Of a DNA stretch of 64,000 bases, positions 23,701-37,600 are shown in pieces. A program made the position numbers and the translations under genes. Source of the stretch: Takakia lepidozioides (lineage: Eukaryota; Plantae; Bryophyta); contig CM060734.1 in the NCBI GenBank assembly GCA_030704615.1, forward strand, positions 54,994,001 through 55,058,000, given 5' to 3'. The first letter of the stretch is position 1; each line of letters opens with the position of its first letter. The notes below the pieces were generated by a model. That model was given only the letters and a program-made list of their open reading frames with translations, was not told where the DNA came from and did no database searches.

Positions 23701-26700
23701 TTTCAATCCTTTGTTTTGTTGACTTTCAAATGCCTTGGGACTTGAATTGTAGATTTATGGGAAAACGATGATTTGTATTTCATTAGATGTGAGCTGACTT
23801 ATTTACCAGAAGTATCAAAAATGAGGTAATGAAGGATCCCATAACCATGATACCCGACCTATAACTGTTGTTATGTTGTTTTAAACATCACAGCATCTTA
23901 TAGTTCTGATGAGGGCTCATGGAGTTGCCATGACATGTAGATCTATATTTTGTCGTTGTCTTTGTCTTTGCCACTGATAACTCTAGCAATTTGGTGGAAT
24001 CTACATAACCCAATGAGATTTGTTTCCCTTTGCGTGTGGCAAGACATCATGATGCTCAACCAGGTGCGTGAACGTGCTGTTGAGGAACTGCAAAAAGCAC
24101 GGGATGAAAGGAATTCCCTGCAATCGCAGGTTCAAGTTTTGCAGGCATGGTCCAGGCCCGATTTGTTTTATGTTAATAAACTCCAGATTAGTGCACTTCC
24201 ATGACTTTCACTGCTTGCTATATCGATCTTTGCAAATGCTTTTGAGTTCAGCTCTTGCGGTCATACCACTGAATAGTGGTTTCCTGTTAGGAATGCCCAT
24301 TCACGTGTCAGGGATGAGTCTATTACTGCCAAATTATGGCTAAGCTGCTGCTCAGAAACTTCCAGCAAAGCCATTTCATCTTTTACTATTTCATGGAAAT
24401 TTTAAATCCCATCCTTCTCTTCATTATCATGACAAATGGTTATGGTGCAGGCGCAGTTGGGTGAAGCCGATGCCAAGTTGAAATCGACAGCCCTAGGAAA
24501 AGAGAACACCAAATTGCTGGAGGAGGAGGTTGAAATCCTCAAGGCAAGTCTAACACAGAAAGATGCAGATAGCCAAGCGTCGGCTGTGTTGGAGAAGGAC
24601 TACAAAAAACTGCAGGCCCAGGCCCAGGAATTGGCAGCTGTGTTAAGTGCCTCTAAGTTAAAGGGGTTGGAACTGAAGCGACTGCAGTCACACAATCAAA
24701 GCTTGCAGGATGAGATCAACACCCTGAGAGTGGAATTAGCAGATGCTCGTACTGAAGTGGCAACCTTTGCCAGGGGGGCTGAAAGAGAGAGGGCTGGGCT
24801 ACAAGAGTATGCCAATGGTCTGGAGTTGAAGTTAGCAGCGATGGAGCTTCAATTAGCGCAGTCAGAGGCCAGCATTTTGCAAATTGAGAAGATGAATTTT
24901 GAAGGGCAACAGGAGATAGCAAAACTAGGGGCACAACTAGCTGAGGTTTCAGGCAGTCCTGCTGCAGCCACTTCGGAGCTGGTTGCCAAGAATCAACAGC
25001 TGCAGGGTGAGGTATGCGTGTCCTCTCTTTCGTTTTAGGGTTGGTTTCTTTTGCCAGCTAATAATCTGTGGTGACACATGACCCTAGCCAGGCTTCAAGA
25101 TCAAGTTTTTTCAGTGTGGCTTTTGCTGCTGTGAGTCTTAACGTTGGCCAAATCAACTCCCTTGTGTAGGTTGATGAATTGCTCACTCAGATAGCTGCCA
25201 CTACAGAGAATGTAACGAACTTGGAAGTGGGGGATAGGAAGTTGCAAGACCAGGTACTACTCCTGACTTTTTCATAAACCTTATTCCTTTATAGCTTCAT
25301 CAGTTCTTCGCAGTACTTCCTTCACAAATTGTTGATAGATTACAAAATCAAAGCCAAAAAGGAGGGCAACAGAAAGTATCATTTGTGTTGAACTCCTTTC
25401 AGGTGGGGTATCAGTCACCAGGTTCCTAGTCGCCCAACGGTCCTGTAAACAACATCATATACCAGAGCTGCCCACTGTAAATATTGCTTTAATCTGCATG
25501 CCCAATTTGGATTTTGACCTTCAATACATGATTATAAGGTGGTCCTACTGCGAGACGCACTGGCAAAAGCTGATGTCGAGAAACAGGCCTTGTCCAAGGT
25601 GCAAAATCAGAATATTGTATTGCAAGCACAAGTGCAGCTGCTGGAACAGCAGCTATTGGAGTCAGATACAGAAATCCGGTCGCAGCTCCAGTTGTACCAG
25701 GCAGAGGTGGAGGCTTTCCAGGCCAGTTTGGAAGGACTGAAGGTGGACACTCAGACTGGTGTTGTGCAACAAGTTCCAGTTGGTGAGATGCCATGGGACT
25801 TCTGGAGTGAACTGCTGCTGCATATTGATGCACTGATGCTAGATGACCTTCTCACTGAGGTTTGTATGCTTCTTAGCATCTTCCATCTTCCAGTTGTCTT
25901 CTATAACCAGAGATCATTTAAGAGTTCATGAGCTTTTGTTCTGGTTACACTTTTTGTTGTGATTGTCTGGCTGTGCTATACTTCCCCTATAACTGTTCAG
26001 ATTGCTTGGTCCTCTGATAGATGTTTTGTCTTAGTATAGTGTGATGCTGCTATGCAGGATGATGCAAAGGAGCTACGGTTGATGATATGGCGGCGAGAAA
26101 AGCGTCTACGGGACACCTTTGTGGCACTTCAGGATGAAGACTTGTTGACTGGGCTTTTGGATCTCATTAAACCCCAAAGGAGGTAGGAGACTGGAAACTT
26201 TGAGAAGTTTGTGTTATATAGATTATCATACCTGTCACAGCCTATTAGATTATCCTCTGCATGAAGATGACGGAGGAAGGGGTAATTTTTGGTTGTTCAT
26301 ACAGGCCAGGCGTACATGTTGTTCACATTACAGCTGAAATGGCCCCTGTCGCCAAGGTACTTAACTTTTCCACAGTTTGTCCATGTTGTTTTTAATTGAT
26401 GGATCTAAGTTAAGCATTGGAGGCCAAACAGGCAACGTTCTTCTGGTGTTTGATGGTACACATGGGCTCTGTTTTGAGCCGTTTTTGGGGTTCATCACTG
26501 ACCAGAAGTAAGGCCATCAATACATGGATATTGGGGTTCTCTGTCCATTTCTTTCTTCAAAGAAATTTGCTGACCTCGCAAGTTTCCTCAATTTGCTATA
26601 GGGAACTCCCAGTATCCATTGTGTCGAGACTTCCAGATATGGTGCTAATGTGCTAACCAATTCTTTCATGAATCCCTTATCATATTTAGTGAGATTGGTT

Positions 26701-29700
26701 TTTCGATATCTTTCTGTTTGAGGTCCTTCTACTCTTTAACCCAGTTCCTTCTCATGCCTATGTTGTCATGTCATCATTTTTACAGGAATCAGCAGTAGGC
26801 TGGTAATGGCCCTCTCCAGATGCTCCACTCTGTTTGGTTGAATCAAACTCCTTCACCTGTCTGTCTGACCAAGTTGGAATGGATTATTGGCAAAGGACAC
26901 TCCAATTTTTCTGTATTAATTTGGAGGGGCACCGTTGTTTGAAGGTGGGAGGGCTAGGAGATGTTGTAACAGGACTGAGTCGCTCACTGCAAAAGAAGGG
27001 GCACCTGGTCGAGATCATTCTCCCTAAATATGATTGCATGGATTACACTCGCATCAAAAGCCTGAAGGTGTGCCACCCACTTTTTTTGACGTAGGTTGTG
27101 CATGATGAAAGTAAGTGATAGTGTGAAGGTTTCTGTTCAGATCAAGAGGAAGATAGAAATGCACTCATTGGCTATGGCAGAGGCCTGAGGGCTTAGCTCA
27201 TGGCAGAACAATGGAACAGAGAACGAAACAACTGAACAGGCTAAATCACTGCCAGCAGAGTGTCTCATGAACATAAGCTTCTAAATATTTCTGATCATCA
27301 TACTTATGCCTATGCCAAGGATGACCAGGAATCTCTCTCTAATCTCTTGGTATATTGGGCAGAATGGAAATGAAATAGATCCTGTTAACATATCCTTCGT
27401 GTTGTGCGGTGGACAAATTCTATTTCAAGGAGACATGAACCATGCATGAGAGATCCAAATTTGGGTCCATTGCCAGCCAAAATGCAGAATTTCTACCTTT
27501 TGTACTGACGAGACTTTGTTTGCCGTAGCCTTGTGGCTGTAGACCCCAAGGAGACAGGAAGAGAGAGGGTGTGTATGTTGCATATAAATGTGTATATGAT
27601 CTCGTTGCGGGGACTTGTCAGGCGTTGGACATGGAGCTGCTGTCCTTTTTTGATGGACACATGCACAAGAACAAGGTGTGGTCAGGCATTATTGAAGGTA
27701 GGCTGCTATATGGCCCAAATGCCTGCCATGCGTTGTAACTTTGTTACAGGTGGGTTTGTCTGTCACTAATACCACTCAGAACTCAGTGATTTACTTGTCG
27801 CTGGGACTGTTCCCACATGACATGGAATATACCCGTTCTGCAGGCATTCCATCTAAAAGTAAGATACATTGTGCAATGGAATGTAGATGCATTGTGTCCC
27901 TTTGTAGCTCTCCGCCTTGCCTAGTAAATGGATCTTGGAATGTCTGGAAAGCAAGTCTTCCATTCGGCAGAAATTAGATGCTGTGATTTCCGAATGGATT
28001 TGACTGTTTGTGTCCATTGTCTCATAACAACAGCTGATATGAAGTGATCATATTTTTAAATCAGCTAATACAGTACCTGGTGGCACCTTGGTCTCCAGGA
28101 CTCCCAGTGTATTTTATTGAGCCATTGCATCCAGCGAAGTTTTTCTGGCGAGGGCAGGTTTACAGTGAACCTGATGATTTCAGGCGATTTACATACTTCT
28201 CCAGGGCCGCTCTTGAGTTTCTATTGCAGTCTCACAAGCGGCCTGATGTCATTCATTGCCATGACTGGCAGACGGCCGCTGTGGTAACAAACTTTACCTT
28301 CGTATCTTCTATCTGGAAGCAGAGCAAGTGCACAGTCGTTTGACCATCTCTGGCAGAATGTCATGGCTTATATCCTCAATGCGATGGTTAGTGGACCCAG
28401 GTAGGGGTCTTATGAACCACAGAAGAGAGGAAGAGAGAACCACTTGGAACACCCCTGTTCTTGAAAATGAAGGAAGTGTGAAGTGTGAAACAATCTGACA
28501 TGTGTGGCTGTTGGATTGCTGTCAATCCAGGCACCCTTGTATTGGGAGATCTATGTACCACAAGGCTTGGATTCAGCAAGGCTGGCCTTCACATGTCACA
28601 ACTTTGAGTATCAAGGGACTGAGGGAGCAGGAGCTCTTGGCTTATGTGGTCTCGATGTGCGTGAACTGAAGCGCCCGGACCGCATGCAGGACAACTTCAA
28701 TCACAACAGAATCAACCTCCTCAAGGTGATCTTCATGAATGGTTGCAACCCCATGATTTGTATCAATGAGTTTTATGTGAAGGTTTTATGTATCAGAGCG
28801 TGTGTCTGTACCCATTAGACAAGTGACAATTGGGCCCATCGTGCCAGCGGTGTATGCACTCAACCAACCATCAGCTTCTCCAGGCAAACTTCAGCACAAT
28901 CAGCTGCAATCCCCTATTGTACTGGCACTGAGTTTTTGTTGACCACTAGGAATATGTGGCCTCCACTATGGTTGAGTTAGATGCAACTTTATCACTTACC
29001 TGCGATATCACTGGGGGCAGAACTCAGTTAGCTGGCCGCTAATGACTGCCCATACATGAATTTAAGTCCATCTTTGTCTGCCTTTTTAGCTAGTTGATGA
29101 TACCATTTGAATTGCTGTTATAGGTTATTGTTTGCTTTCCTTCTATCTTTCATTTGTCATCAGTCTTCATGTACCTATCTGCGTATGCCGTCTTATTCTG
29201 CAAGTCCAAATATTTTGTGGTCGTAGGTTTTGGCATGTGTCTTGTTCTGACCAGGGTTTTGATGGATAAGAGCTTGTTGTGGGCATGTTTGCAGGGGGGC
29301 CTTGTGTTCTCCAACCTGATAACTACAGTTTCTCCCACGTATGCCCAAGAAGTGCTAAGGCCAGAGGTATGGTTAGGATGCGGAACCTGGGGGTTATGGG
29401 GGTTTTACTTGGTACTGTTTTCTCGACAAGTTTCAAGATGTCAAAAGCCACTGTGTAGGCAAACCAGAAGTCTTACTGGTTCCAGGGTTCTACCACGGCA
29501 TCTAAATGGGGATCACTAGGTTTCTGGCATGTGCAGGGGGGTCATGGTTTACATGGAACGCTAGCAAGTCAAATACAAAAGTTTTTTGGCATTTTGAATG
29601 GGATTGATGATGAGGTCTGGAATCCAGCTACAGACATCCACATTGAGTACCAGTACAGCGCGGATGACTTGAATGGGAAGGAAGCCAACAAAATGAAGTT

Positions 29701-32297
29701 ACGTCAGAAATTGGGGCTAGGTTCTCAGGGTGCTGATGCTAAAAGGCCACTGGTAAGCTGCCCTTCAAGAGTATTGATCAATCATTCCAGTCAACTCGAG
29801 TATGTTTTTTACATATCAGAAACCCGGGGCATGCATGCTTAAGTCTTCTGGTTTCTGCTGATGCCTTTCAACATTTCATGGAAATCCACTGTGGTATTGA
29901 TGGCAAATTTGGCACCCTCTCTCTGTATCTCAGCCTTTGTGCTGGCGGGGCCTTTTGGTTGTTTTACCTAGTCAGGCCTGGCTTTTTGTCATGACCAGGG
30001 GAGGAAGTACGGTTTTGAAGAGTGATCATGGGATTGGGTTGGCCAGGTGGGATGTATCACAAGGCTAGTGCCGCAGAAAGGCGTGCACTTAATTCGCCAT
30101 GCCATCTACCGTACGTTGGAGTGTGGTGGCCAGTTTATTCTTCTAGGCTCTAGTCCAGTACCCAATATCCAGGTACAATATGTGCATCAATGTGGGTGTA
30201 GGTATGCATGGATGTTCATAGGTATATCGACATAAACATGTATGCAATAGTTTACCCTGCCCTATGTGAGTCCTTAATCCAATTCAACATCACCTCAAGC
30301 AAGGTCCAGAACCATTTGGCGGGATGCATGTGTGGCTGACGTATATGAACACAGGATGGTATAGATGACATTGAGTTGCTGATGGTATGCAATGTGGGCA
30401 AAATAACCCCTTTACACTTTTAACCTCCTAATGTAGAAGAAGAGGATCGACACCTGCTGTAACAATCTTAAATGAGCGTCTCCTTCCTCTGGGTGTCCTT
30501 CCAGAACCTGGACACTTCCACCCAGTGTTAATGGGTTGGTAGTTTTCCCCCAGATACCCGGTTGTGCAAGGGTATTTATCCCATATGCAGCTGGTTAGAC
30601 CACATACTGTAACATCCATCCTCTCTGTGGATTTCAACACGGAGCCCTTATCATAGAGTCCCTGTCTAGAAGGAATAGAGGTGCTAGTAATGCTTTAACA
30701 GGTAACTCTTGCTTACAGCATGACTTCGAAGGAATAGCGCGCCAGTTTGAGAATCACCCTCAAATTCGATTGGTCTTAAAATATGATGAGGCCCTCTCGC
30801 ACTCCATCTATGCTGCATCCGATATCTTTGTCATCCCATCAATCTTTGAGCCTTGCGGTCTCACCCAGGTCATTTTCTCTCCACCTTTGAGTCAGTTTTG
30901 TACAGTTTACCAAGTTTTATGCAATGAATATAGGATATATGTCACGATTTCTGACAGAGTATATGGCCCCGCCCTGGGTTGAGTATGGCTGCTTTGATGA
31001 CACTATTGGTTTGAGGGAAGTGGCTTTTCTCCTTGGCTTCCTCACCATCAGCATGATGTTTTGGTGTAGAAGGGTTGGCAATTCATAAACAGGAGTGCAC
31101 TAGAGTGATTCTTCGTGTGGGGGTCCATTGTTTGCATATGTGACTAGAGGATGACTGCCTGTAGCCTTTCGTTTTATTTGTAAACCTTACACCAAAGGGT
31201 TGCATCCTTCCACCAGACTGGGTCAGAGATTGGGCATGGACGTCTCTCAAGAAGAAGTCAACCTGTTTCCTTCTTTCTCAATACTTTTTCTCAAATAAGT
31301 GTGTACGACGGGGTGGTTGAGATGTGAGGAGCTGGGTGTGCAGATGATATCCATGCGGTATGGGTCGATTCCAGTTGTCCGTAAAACTGGAGGACTAGCA
31401 GACAGGTCAGTGGCATTTTGCTTTGTTGCTTTTATCTGGTGGTTAGGGGTACCTTGGCTGAAAGTAACAACTTCCTTTAATTCTTACCCTTTCCTTCTGA
31501 GATTCTCTTGGACACTGTAAGCTTCCTTCGTTTCTTTGTGTCTTCCTCTTTCCTTCTCTCTCAGACGTTATAAAATAAAAGCGGACGTTATAAAGCACCA
31601 TTTCATTTCATTTCATTTCTCTCTTCACCTGCTTGGCACTCTTTTAGTCAGGTTGAGATGTTCGAGACTGAAATGCTGTGACTCCTTGGGTCTATGTTGC
31701 CTGACAAACATTTGTGCTACAGCCAAGGTTTGGATTCAGCCAATGAGTCCAGGCTTATCAAGCTTCTGTCAATGCGTCTGTAGGCCTATCACCTCACTAT
31801 CATAGATCTTTCTAAGTGTGGATGGAGCTAACCAAAGTGGAAATTGGACTTGTGGAGTGGCAGTGTCTTTGATGCAGATGATGGGACAATACCTATTGAA
31901 CTTCGCAATGGCTTCACTTTCGAATCACCTGATGAAGGGGTGAGTTAGAGGGGGTATGAGGGGGGGCATCCATCCGTATCATGTGTGGAGTTGATAATGT
32001 GTTCAAGAGAGAGCCCTTTGGAATCCAACCCCATCCTCCAATCCATTGCCACAAGTTTGTTTGACATGGAGGCCTTCTTATGTAGATGTTATGTAAGCAG
32101 AGCTTGTGGGGGCATGTGAACAGGGATTGAATTATGCGTTGGACCGCGCAATGTCCCACTACACACAAAATCCCGGCTGGTGGGAAAGCCTGGTGCGGAA
32201 GGCGATGAAGATGGATTTCAGTTGGGACACCTCAGCTGACCAATATGTGGATCTTTACCAGAAAGTTATTGAAGTGACACGGATAACAAAGGCATGA
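20792..32297 (+). CDS. SS4: Starch synthase IV, plastid (transit peptide, coiled coil, GT5 domain), about 20 exons
   Basis: Exons include 20792-21009, 21875-22136, 23433-23514, 24044-24144, 24451-25011, 25539-25859 ([11 protein letters not shown]), 26305-26356 ([11 protein letters not shown]), 26946-27067 (VGGLGDVV), 28100-28283 (IHCHDWQTA), 30047-30172 (ITRLVPQKG), 30719-30868 ([11 protein letters not shown]) and 32124-32297. An in-frame ATG at 20762 is an alternative start. Confidence 0.95.
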
Positions 32298-33340
32298 TGT
32301 TGTACTGAGGTTCGATTTTGCCCCCTTGTTCTTGTATGCCAGGACTAATTAGTTCCAATTTTGACCCATTAACCTTTGCAAGTCTTTTAAGTAGGAGCAG
32401 ATAGCGTATGGCTTAGTAAATTTGATGAGCCTTTGTCATTCTTATAATGATCCAACCTTTATTGTAGTTGAGCAGGTAATTTGTTTCTTGGGATGACTGA
32501 TTCACTTATAACTCCTTTGGGAGTTGAATCGTTTGTGACCTCAAATTTAGCAGGCTCAGTGGTAATGTTTTAGTCTATAAGAGCATGACAATGTCCTCAT
32601 TTCTCATAGGAAACTAGTGAGGAAATTCCACGACTTCAGACTTTGAAGTTCTACCTTTATCGATTTCTCTAGTTGCAGAGGATCTGTGAAGGCTGATGGG
32701 GATGCCCGAGTCACAAATACTCCAGGTTTCGGTTGCGGCTTGTTTCAGTCCACCCACAATGTATGAAAGATGGTTGGTTTGAATTGGGAATATACTTAAT
32801 ATTTGCCAGACAATCTCCCAAACAAGATGTGCTGGCCAAAAGATTGCATTCTGATGCAAGACTTGCTAGTACCACATTTTTCCCATTTTCTGCCGCAGGC
32901 ATCACACTTCAAACGAAGTCTTTGAAAGCATGTTGCCCTAACGCAGCCCACACTTTTGACTTTCAATCCATTTTATTAGAATTGTCTTGTTCCTTGGAGC
33001 AAAAGAAAACCTGCAGGGTTCCTAGTTCCTACCAACTTAGAAATGGACAATGCAGGTGGGCCAGATGGGCGGCTGCAGCAAGACCAACCTTACCTTCCCT
33101 GAAGGGGGCAGAACATCACTGCAAAGCTATTTGCCCCCGGCTGAGAACCTTCCCTTACAATGTTGGTTGGGATGTGGGCCCACCCAAAATGCGGACCCGA
33201 CCTTGACATGGTGGGCATTCTCATGTGTCCCTCATGACCACAACTACCAGGACAAAATAGTTCTGCTCTCAAATGGGCCCGAATCTTCAAGAGCATACTG
33301 TTATACAATTCTTGGTGCACAGATAGAATGCGATCGATCA

Positions 33341-33466
33341 TCACTCTTGATCACCCATCCCTGTGGAAACCTCCCCTGATCTCTCCTTCCTCACTCTTTG
33401 ATCACCCATCCCTGTGGAAAGCTTCCCTGATCTTAGCTTCCCTGATCTTTCTTTCCTCACTCTTTG
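33341..33466. repeat. Short direct repeat (~50-bp unit, 2+ copies)
   Basis: TCACTCTT(T)GATCACCCATCCCTGTGGAAA occurs twice, followed by repeated CCCTGATCT and TTCCTCACTCTTTGA. Confidence 0.8.
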
Positions 33467-33819
33467 AGTGAGAGTGATTGTTCTGGGGATACTATTGTCC
33501 AATGAAAGAGTAATGAAAACTACATGCTGATATTTGTCAGATGATTGAACTCATTATTACAGCTATCCTACAGTAAAATAATAACCCAAGTACTGATTAA
33601 TGACATACATTTTTTTTTACTTTTTGGGTTGAGACTTCTTACATATATATAGTCATTGGCCACAGGCACCCTGTCTTTCATTCCATTTCTAATTTTATCC
33701 TCATTAATAGTTTACTCGATAATAAAATAAGGAAGCAACCAATAATTAGAGATCCCAAACACACGGAAAGCATAGGGTTCCCCACTGTCCAAGAGAATCC
33801 GAAGGGTTGATGAGACCGA

Positions 33820-34310
33820 GTCTATTATCCGCGGGGCAACGCCGGGCCAATGGGCAGCCGCCAAAACTCCGGGCAGGGCCCGCACGTGTGACGTCACAAC
33901 GCACGCGGCCACGTGCGGCAGGGCCCAACCCTGCCGCTTTCTTTCGCCACCGCTGCCGCTTCTGTCGCCATCCATCGCCACCTTTCGCCATCCCCACGGA
34001 TGCGTACGCCCAATTTCATCCATCCGCTGGCTAGCGTGGGGCGAAACTGGCGGAGAGGTATCGCCAAATTTGGCTGCGGGGCCGACATGCCCGGGCATAG
34101 GTGGGCTAGCCCTAGTTTGACCCGGCCGAGAGCGCCCACACGTGGCGCGCGCCCGGGCCAGGAGAAGGTGGCACACGTCACGCTCCGCCACGCGTCCCGC
34201 CGGAACTCGCCAAGTTTTGTGGGACCGGCCTCGTGGAAAGCCCGCGACGACGGCCAAGCGTTGGCCGGTTGCGTGGCCTTCTCCTCCAACCCTCGCGCTC
34301 CCTCTTCTGC
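33820..34310 (+). promoter_or_regulatory. GC-rich promoter island with clustered G-box/ABRE, C-box and CE3-like elements upstream of PLATZ
   Basis: CACGTG at ~33883, ~33910 and ~34139; TGACGTCA ~33889; ACACGTCA ~34173; CCACGCGT ~34188. Confidence 0.55.
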
Positions 34311-34524
34311 GTGTGCCTTGTTTAACTTAATCTTTGCCTCGCCACCATCTCCACCGAGGATCTTCGCATTGTTTAGTTTAGTAATCCAGAGCAATGACTG
34401 ACGCATCATGTCGATGGTGCCAAGTTGCAATCGATCTTCAGCTACCGAGTTGCTTTCCATGCGCTTTCCATGCGCGGACATGGAGATGGAGAAGAAATTT
34501 CCGCGGCCATGCTGTAACTTGAAG

Positions 34525-34560
34525 CGAGAGAGAGAGAGAGAGAGAGAGTGTGTGTGTGTT
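34525..34560. repeat. (GA)n(TG)n compound microsatellite in putative PLATZ 5' UTR
   Basis: Direct reading. Confidence 0.95.
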
Positions 34561-34655
34561 GTGTCTGTGTTGTGCATGTCCCACGGTTGGTGGCTTGGCA
34601 ACAAAGTAAAGAAGGGATGGTGAGGTTGCTGATGTGGGATGACGATAGGTTGTTA

Positions 34656-37600
34656 ATGTCGTCCACCACCGAGGGAAGACCCGAAAACCAAGATACCCTC
34701 CCTTGTTCTTTGGTCAGGAATCTTGGTAAATTTAGACAGGAAGCTTAACTTGCACTAAAAAAACGCAAAATCCCCTGGGGATTTTTAGGTTATCCCCTTC
34801 AAGCTGCCAGGATTCCGACTCCTGACAAATAGTGGAGAACAAACTGAGGTTAATAACATTCTTTGAGGATAGGAAAGGTAGGGATGTACGTGGGCGAAGG
34901 GACAGGTCAGAGAAGGAGGAAAGGGGGGGGGGGTAGGGCAAGGGTGTGGTCAAAGCCACCACACCTCCCCTCCCTTTCTATATTCAATTCATGCTTCCAT
35001 TGCCTTTTCTTAGAAGCCTACGTACACAGTACATTCTCCTTGTTTTGACCACCAGCAAAACACAACAGGACTTGCATCCCATGGAGTGGGGATCAATGGG
35101 AAGAATATGTGTCATCCCGGTGATATCTCCGCAAGACGAACACGACTGACGTTGAAAATATCGTAAATGAGGCCAACATCCCTCACAAAGTGCGAACAAA
35201 ATGGACGTTATCTCTTGTGATGTAACAACAACAACAAACACACTATTGTCTCATCGAGCATGCGCCAATGTGCCCGCATTTGCGGACCGCGTATTGCGAC
35301 GCAAAGTAGGTGTATATGGGTGACCTAGAGGGTAGAGGGTAGAGAGGTACTAACCGGGGGCTTTGTTATTGTGTTGTTATTGTAATTGCATTGTTGTTAA
35401 CGTGGGGGGTCGAGAGGAGCAAATGAAACTTTTCATTCTCGTGAGGCAAGAGCGGCTGTGCCGTCTGTGGTGGCTATGACGTATGCATTGGGCCATCGTG
35501 CCCGCTGGATATGAAGCGTTCCCGAGCCAGTTGTGGGGTTTCTTCTTCGTTGCGGAGTACGACATTGCAGGCCGCAGCTAACAGCAATCCTGTCAGAAGG
35601 AACTGAGGCTCTGACATGTAAGTCTGGACATGGTCCAAGAAAACTAAGTACTATGTGCTGATGATTCCGACGCTGCTGCGCTAGCGTCCCATTCTACGCA
35701 GATGTGGCACATTTGCGCTGGGGCACGGTCTAGAGAAAGAGAGAAAGTTGAAAGAAGCTTCGTTATGAGTAGAGAAATATGCCTGTGCAGGATAATGTCA
35801 CTCTGCTGATTCCCAGACTGCTGCTCTAGCCCCCAATTCGGCACGGATGTATAACATTTTGCTGTGATTGAGCGGGGCCATAGAGAGAAACAGAGCAATT
35901 TCGTAACTTTTGAGTGAGAGAGAGAGGGAGAGAGAGAGAGGAGAGAGAGAGAGAGAGCTTGATTGCATGGAGGGACTTGCACTACAAGACTCAGGCAAGC
36001 GGAAGCTGGCAAAGCTCTCATCTTGTTGTAATTCTTGCACGCAGATCTCGCAATGTGCTTAGAACGACCCTGGCAGGATTTCGTCTCAGATCGTTCAGAA
36101 TGACGGGAGAACAGAGTTGATAAGGTGAGGCTATGTTCATTTAGGACGTAAAAGAGTTTGGCAACAGGCTTGTGACGTAGCAGAATGCTGTTTCTAACTG
36201 AATTGTGCATCTCTGGACAATTGCTCAGATTAATGACGATTGCACTCGTCGCATTTTGCGGCGTACAAAGTAGCAAATGCGTTTCTACACAGAATTATGT
36301 AAACTTCCTTTTTGGCAGGGCATAAAAGTAGGTTGGTAGACACCTTAAGGTTCAAATGGTGAGAATAGCATTGTGTATGCAAGGGTGTGGTTGAAGCTTA
36401 TTGGTGAACAGCGCCTGCGGCATAGCCGAGAGATGGAGAGTTAAGTTTTGTGGAAAGCCTACCGTGACATACGTGTCCAGAACAGATGAAACAATTAGAG
36501 ATGGAGGCAATTGTCATTGAAGCTGTCACATGTGTCATGATGTTTGCTTTGAACATGTGCACAGGTGAATCAGTGCTCAAGCAAAGAATGACCCTGGCAG
36601 GAATCCTTCACAAATCCTTCACGGTGGGACAAGAGGTTCTATTCACTAGGATGTGACAGAGTTTGACATCAAGGCGGCGTTGCGATTGAAGCTTTAAATA
36701 TGCTGTTTTGTGAACTCACTTGCACCCGATGTACACTCAAAGCCGAGAATCCATCAGGTATCATTTGATGATGATTCAACGAGGATTCAACACCTACCTC
36801 CTACTTCCACAGTGCCCTAACACGGTATTGTTAGTCTCTGGTTGAGTGCCTCTCATTTCCCTTCACCGAGGTCGGGTGAAGTGGGCACAGTCATCACATA
36901 GCCGCTTCACATCTGGACTGAAGTCGAAATGTGGAGACGAATTATGGCATTTCAACTTCATTCTGGAGGTGAACGTTCGTTCTAAATGTGCATAAAAGAG
37001 TCACGCGGGATGAAGGATGCCGGGCAACTAAGACTAATTAGGCTAACGCAGCGAAGAACAAAGTGGGGTCCTCATGGTCCTCCTCTCTAGAATCGAGCAA
37101 AAGTGATAATTCCGTGTGGTGAGGCGCTTGTGTGGCTGCATTGAATCTTTTTATATATATAGTACTTCGTGGGATTCATCCTGACACAACACAAGCCGCC
37201 CTCACAGTTCATAGTTTACAGACAGTTCACTAGATACTTGAATTATACTAGGTCTAATGTCCAGAGTCCGTGAGCAGTTGATATATTAATAGATACTATT
37301 ATGCCGCGCAGCATTGCGGCAGGAATCTACTTGTAGACAAGATATCGTGAGGGTCAACATTATGATGCCATGGCTCTTGGCACTTCAAATCTTGAAGTAG
37401 AGTCTAGAAAAGCTCTTGAGATTCCTACTTCCAGTGGATTGCAGTTGTACAATGTGTTGATTTGAATTGGAGAATTAGTCAATTGGATTATGCAATTATG
37501 TAACTCACATTGTGCTATTCAATGTCGTCATGACCGGTTTTCAGCAATGACGACTCAAGGACGTTGTAAGCTCTCAGTTCAGCGGAAGAGCGCCGTGCGT

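Noticed and set aside
33712-34604. ORFs of 160-236 aa on both strands
   Set aside because: GC-rich promoter and microsatellite sequence with no recognisable domain.
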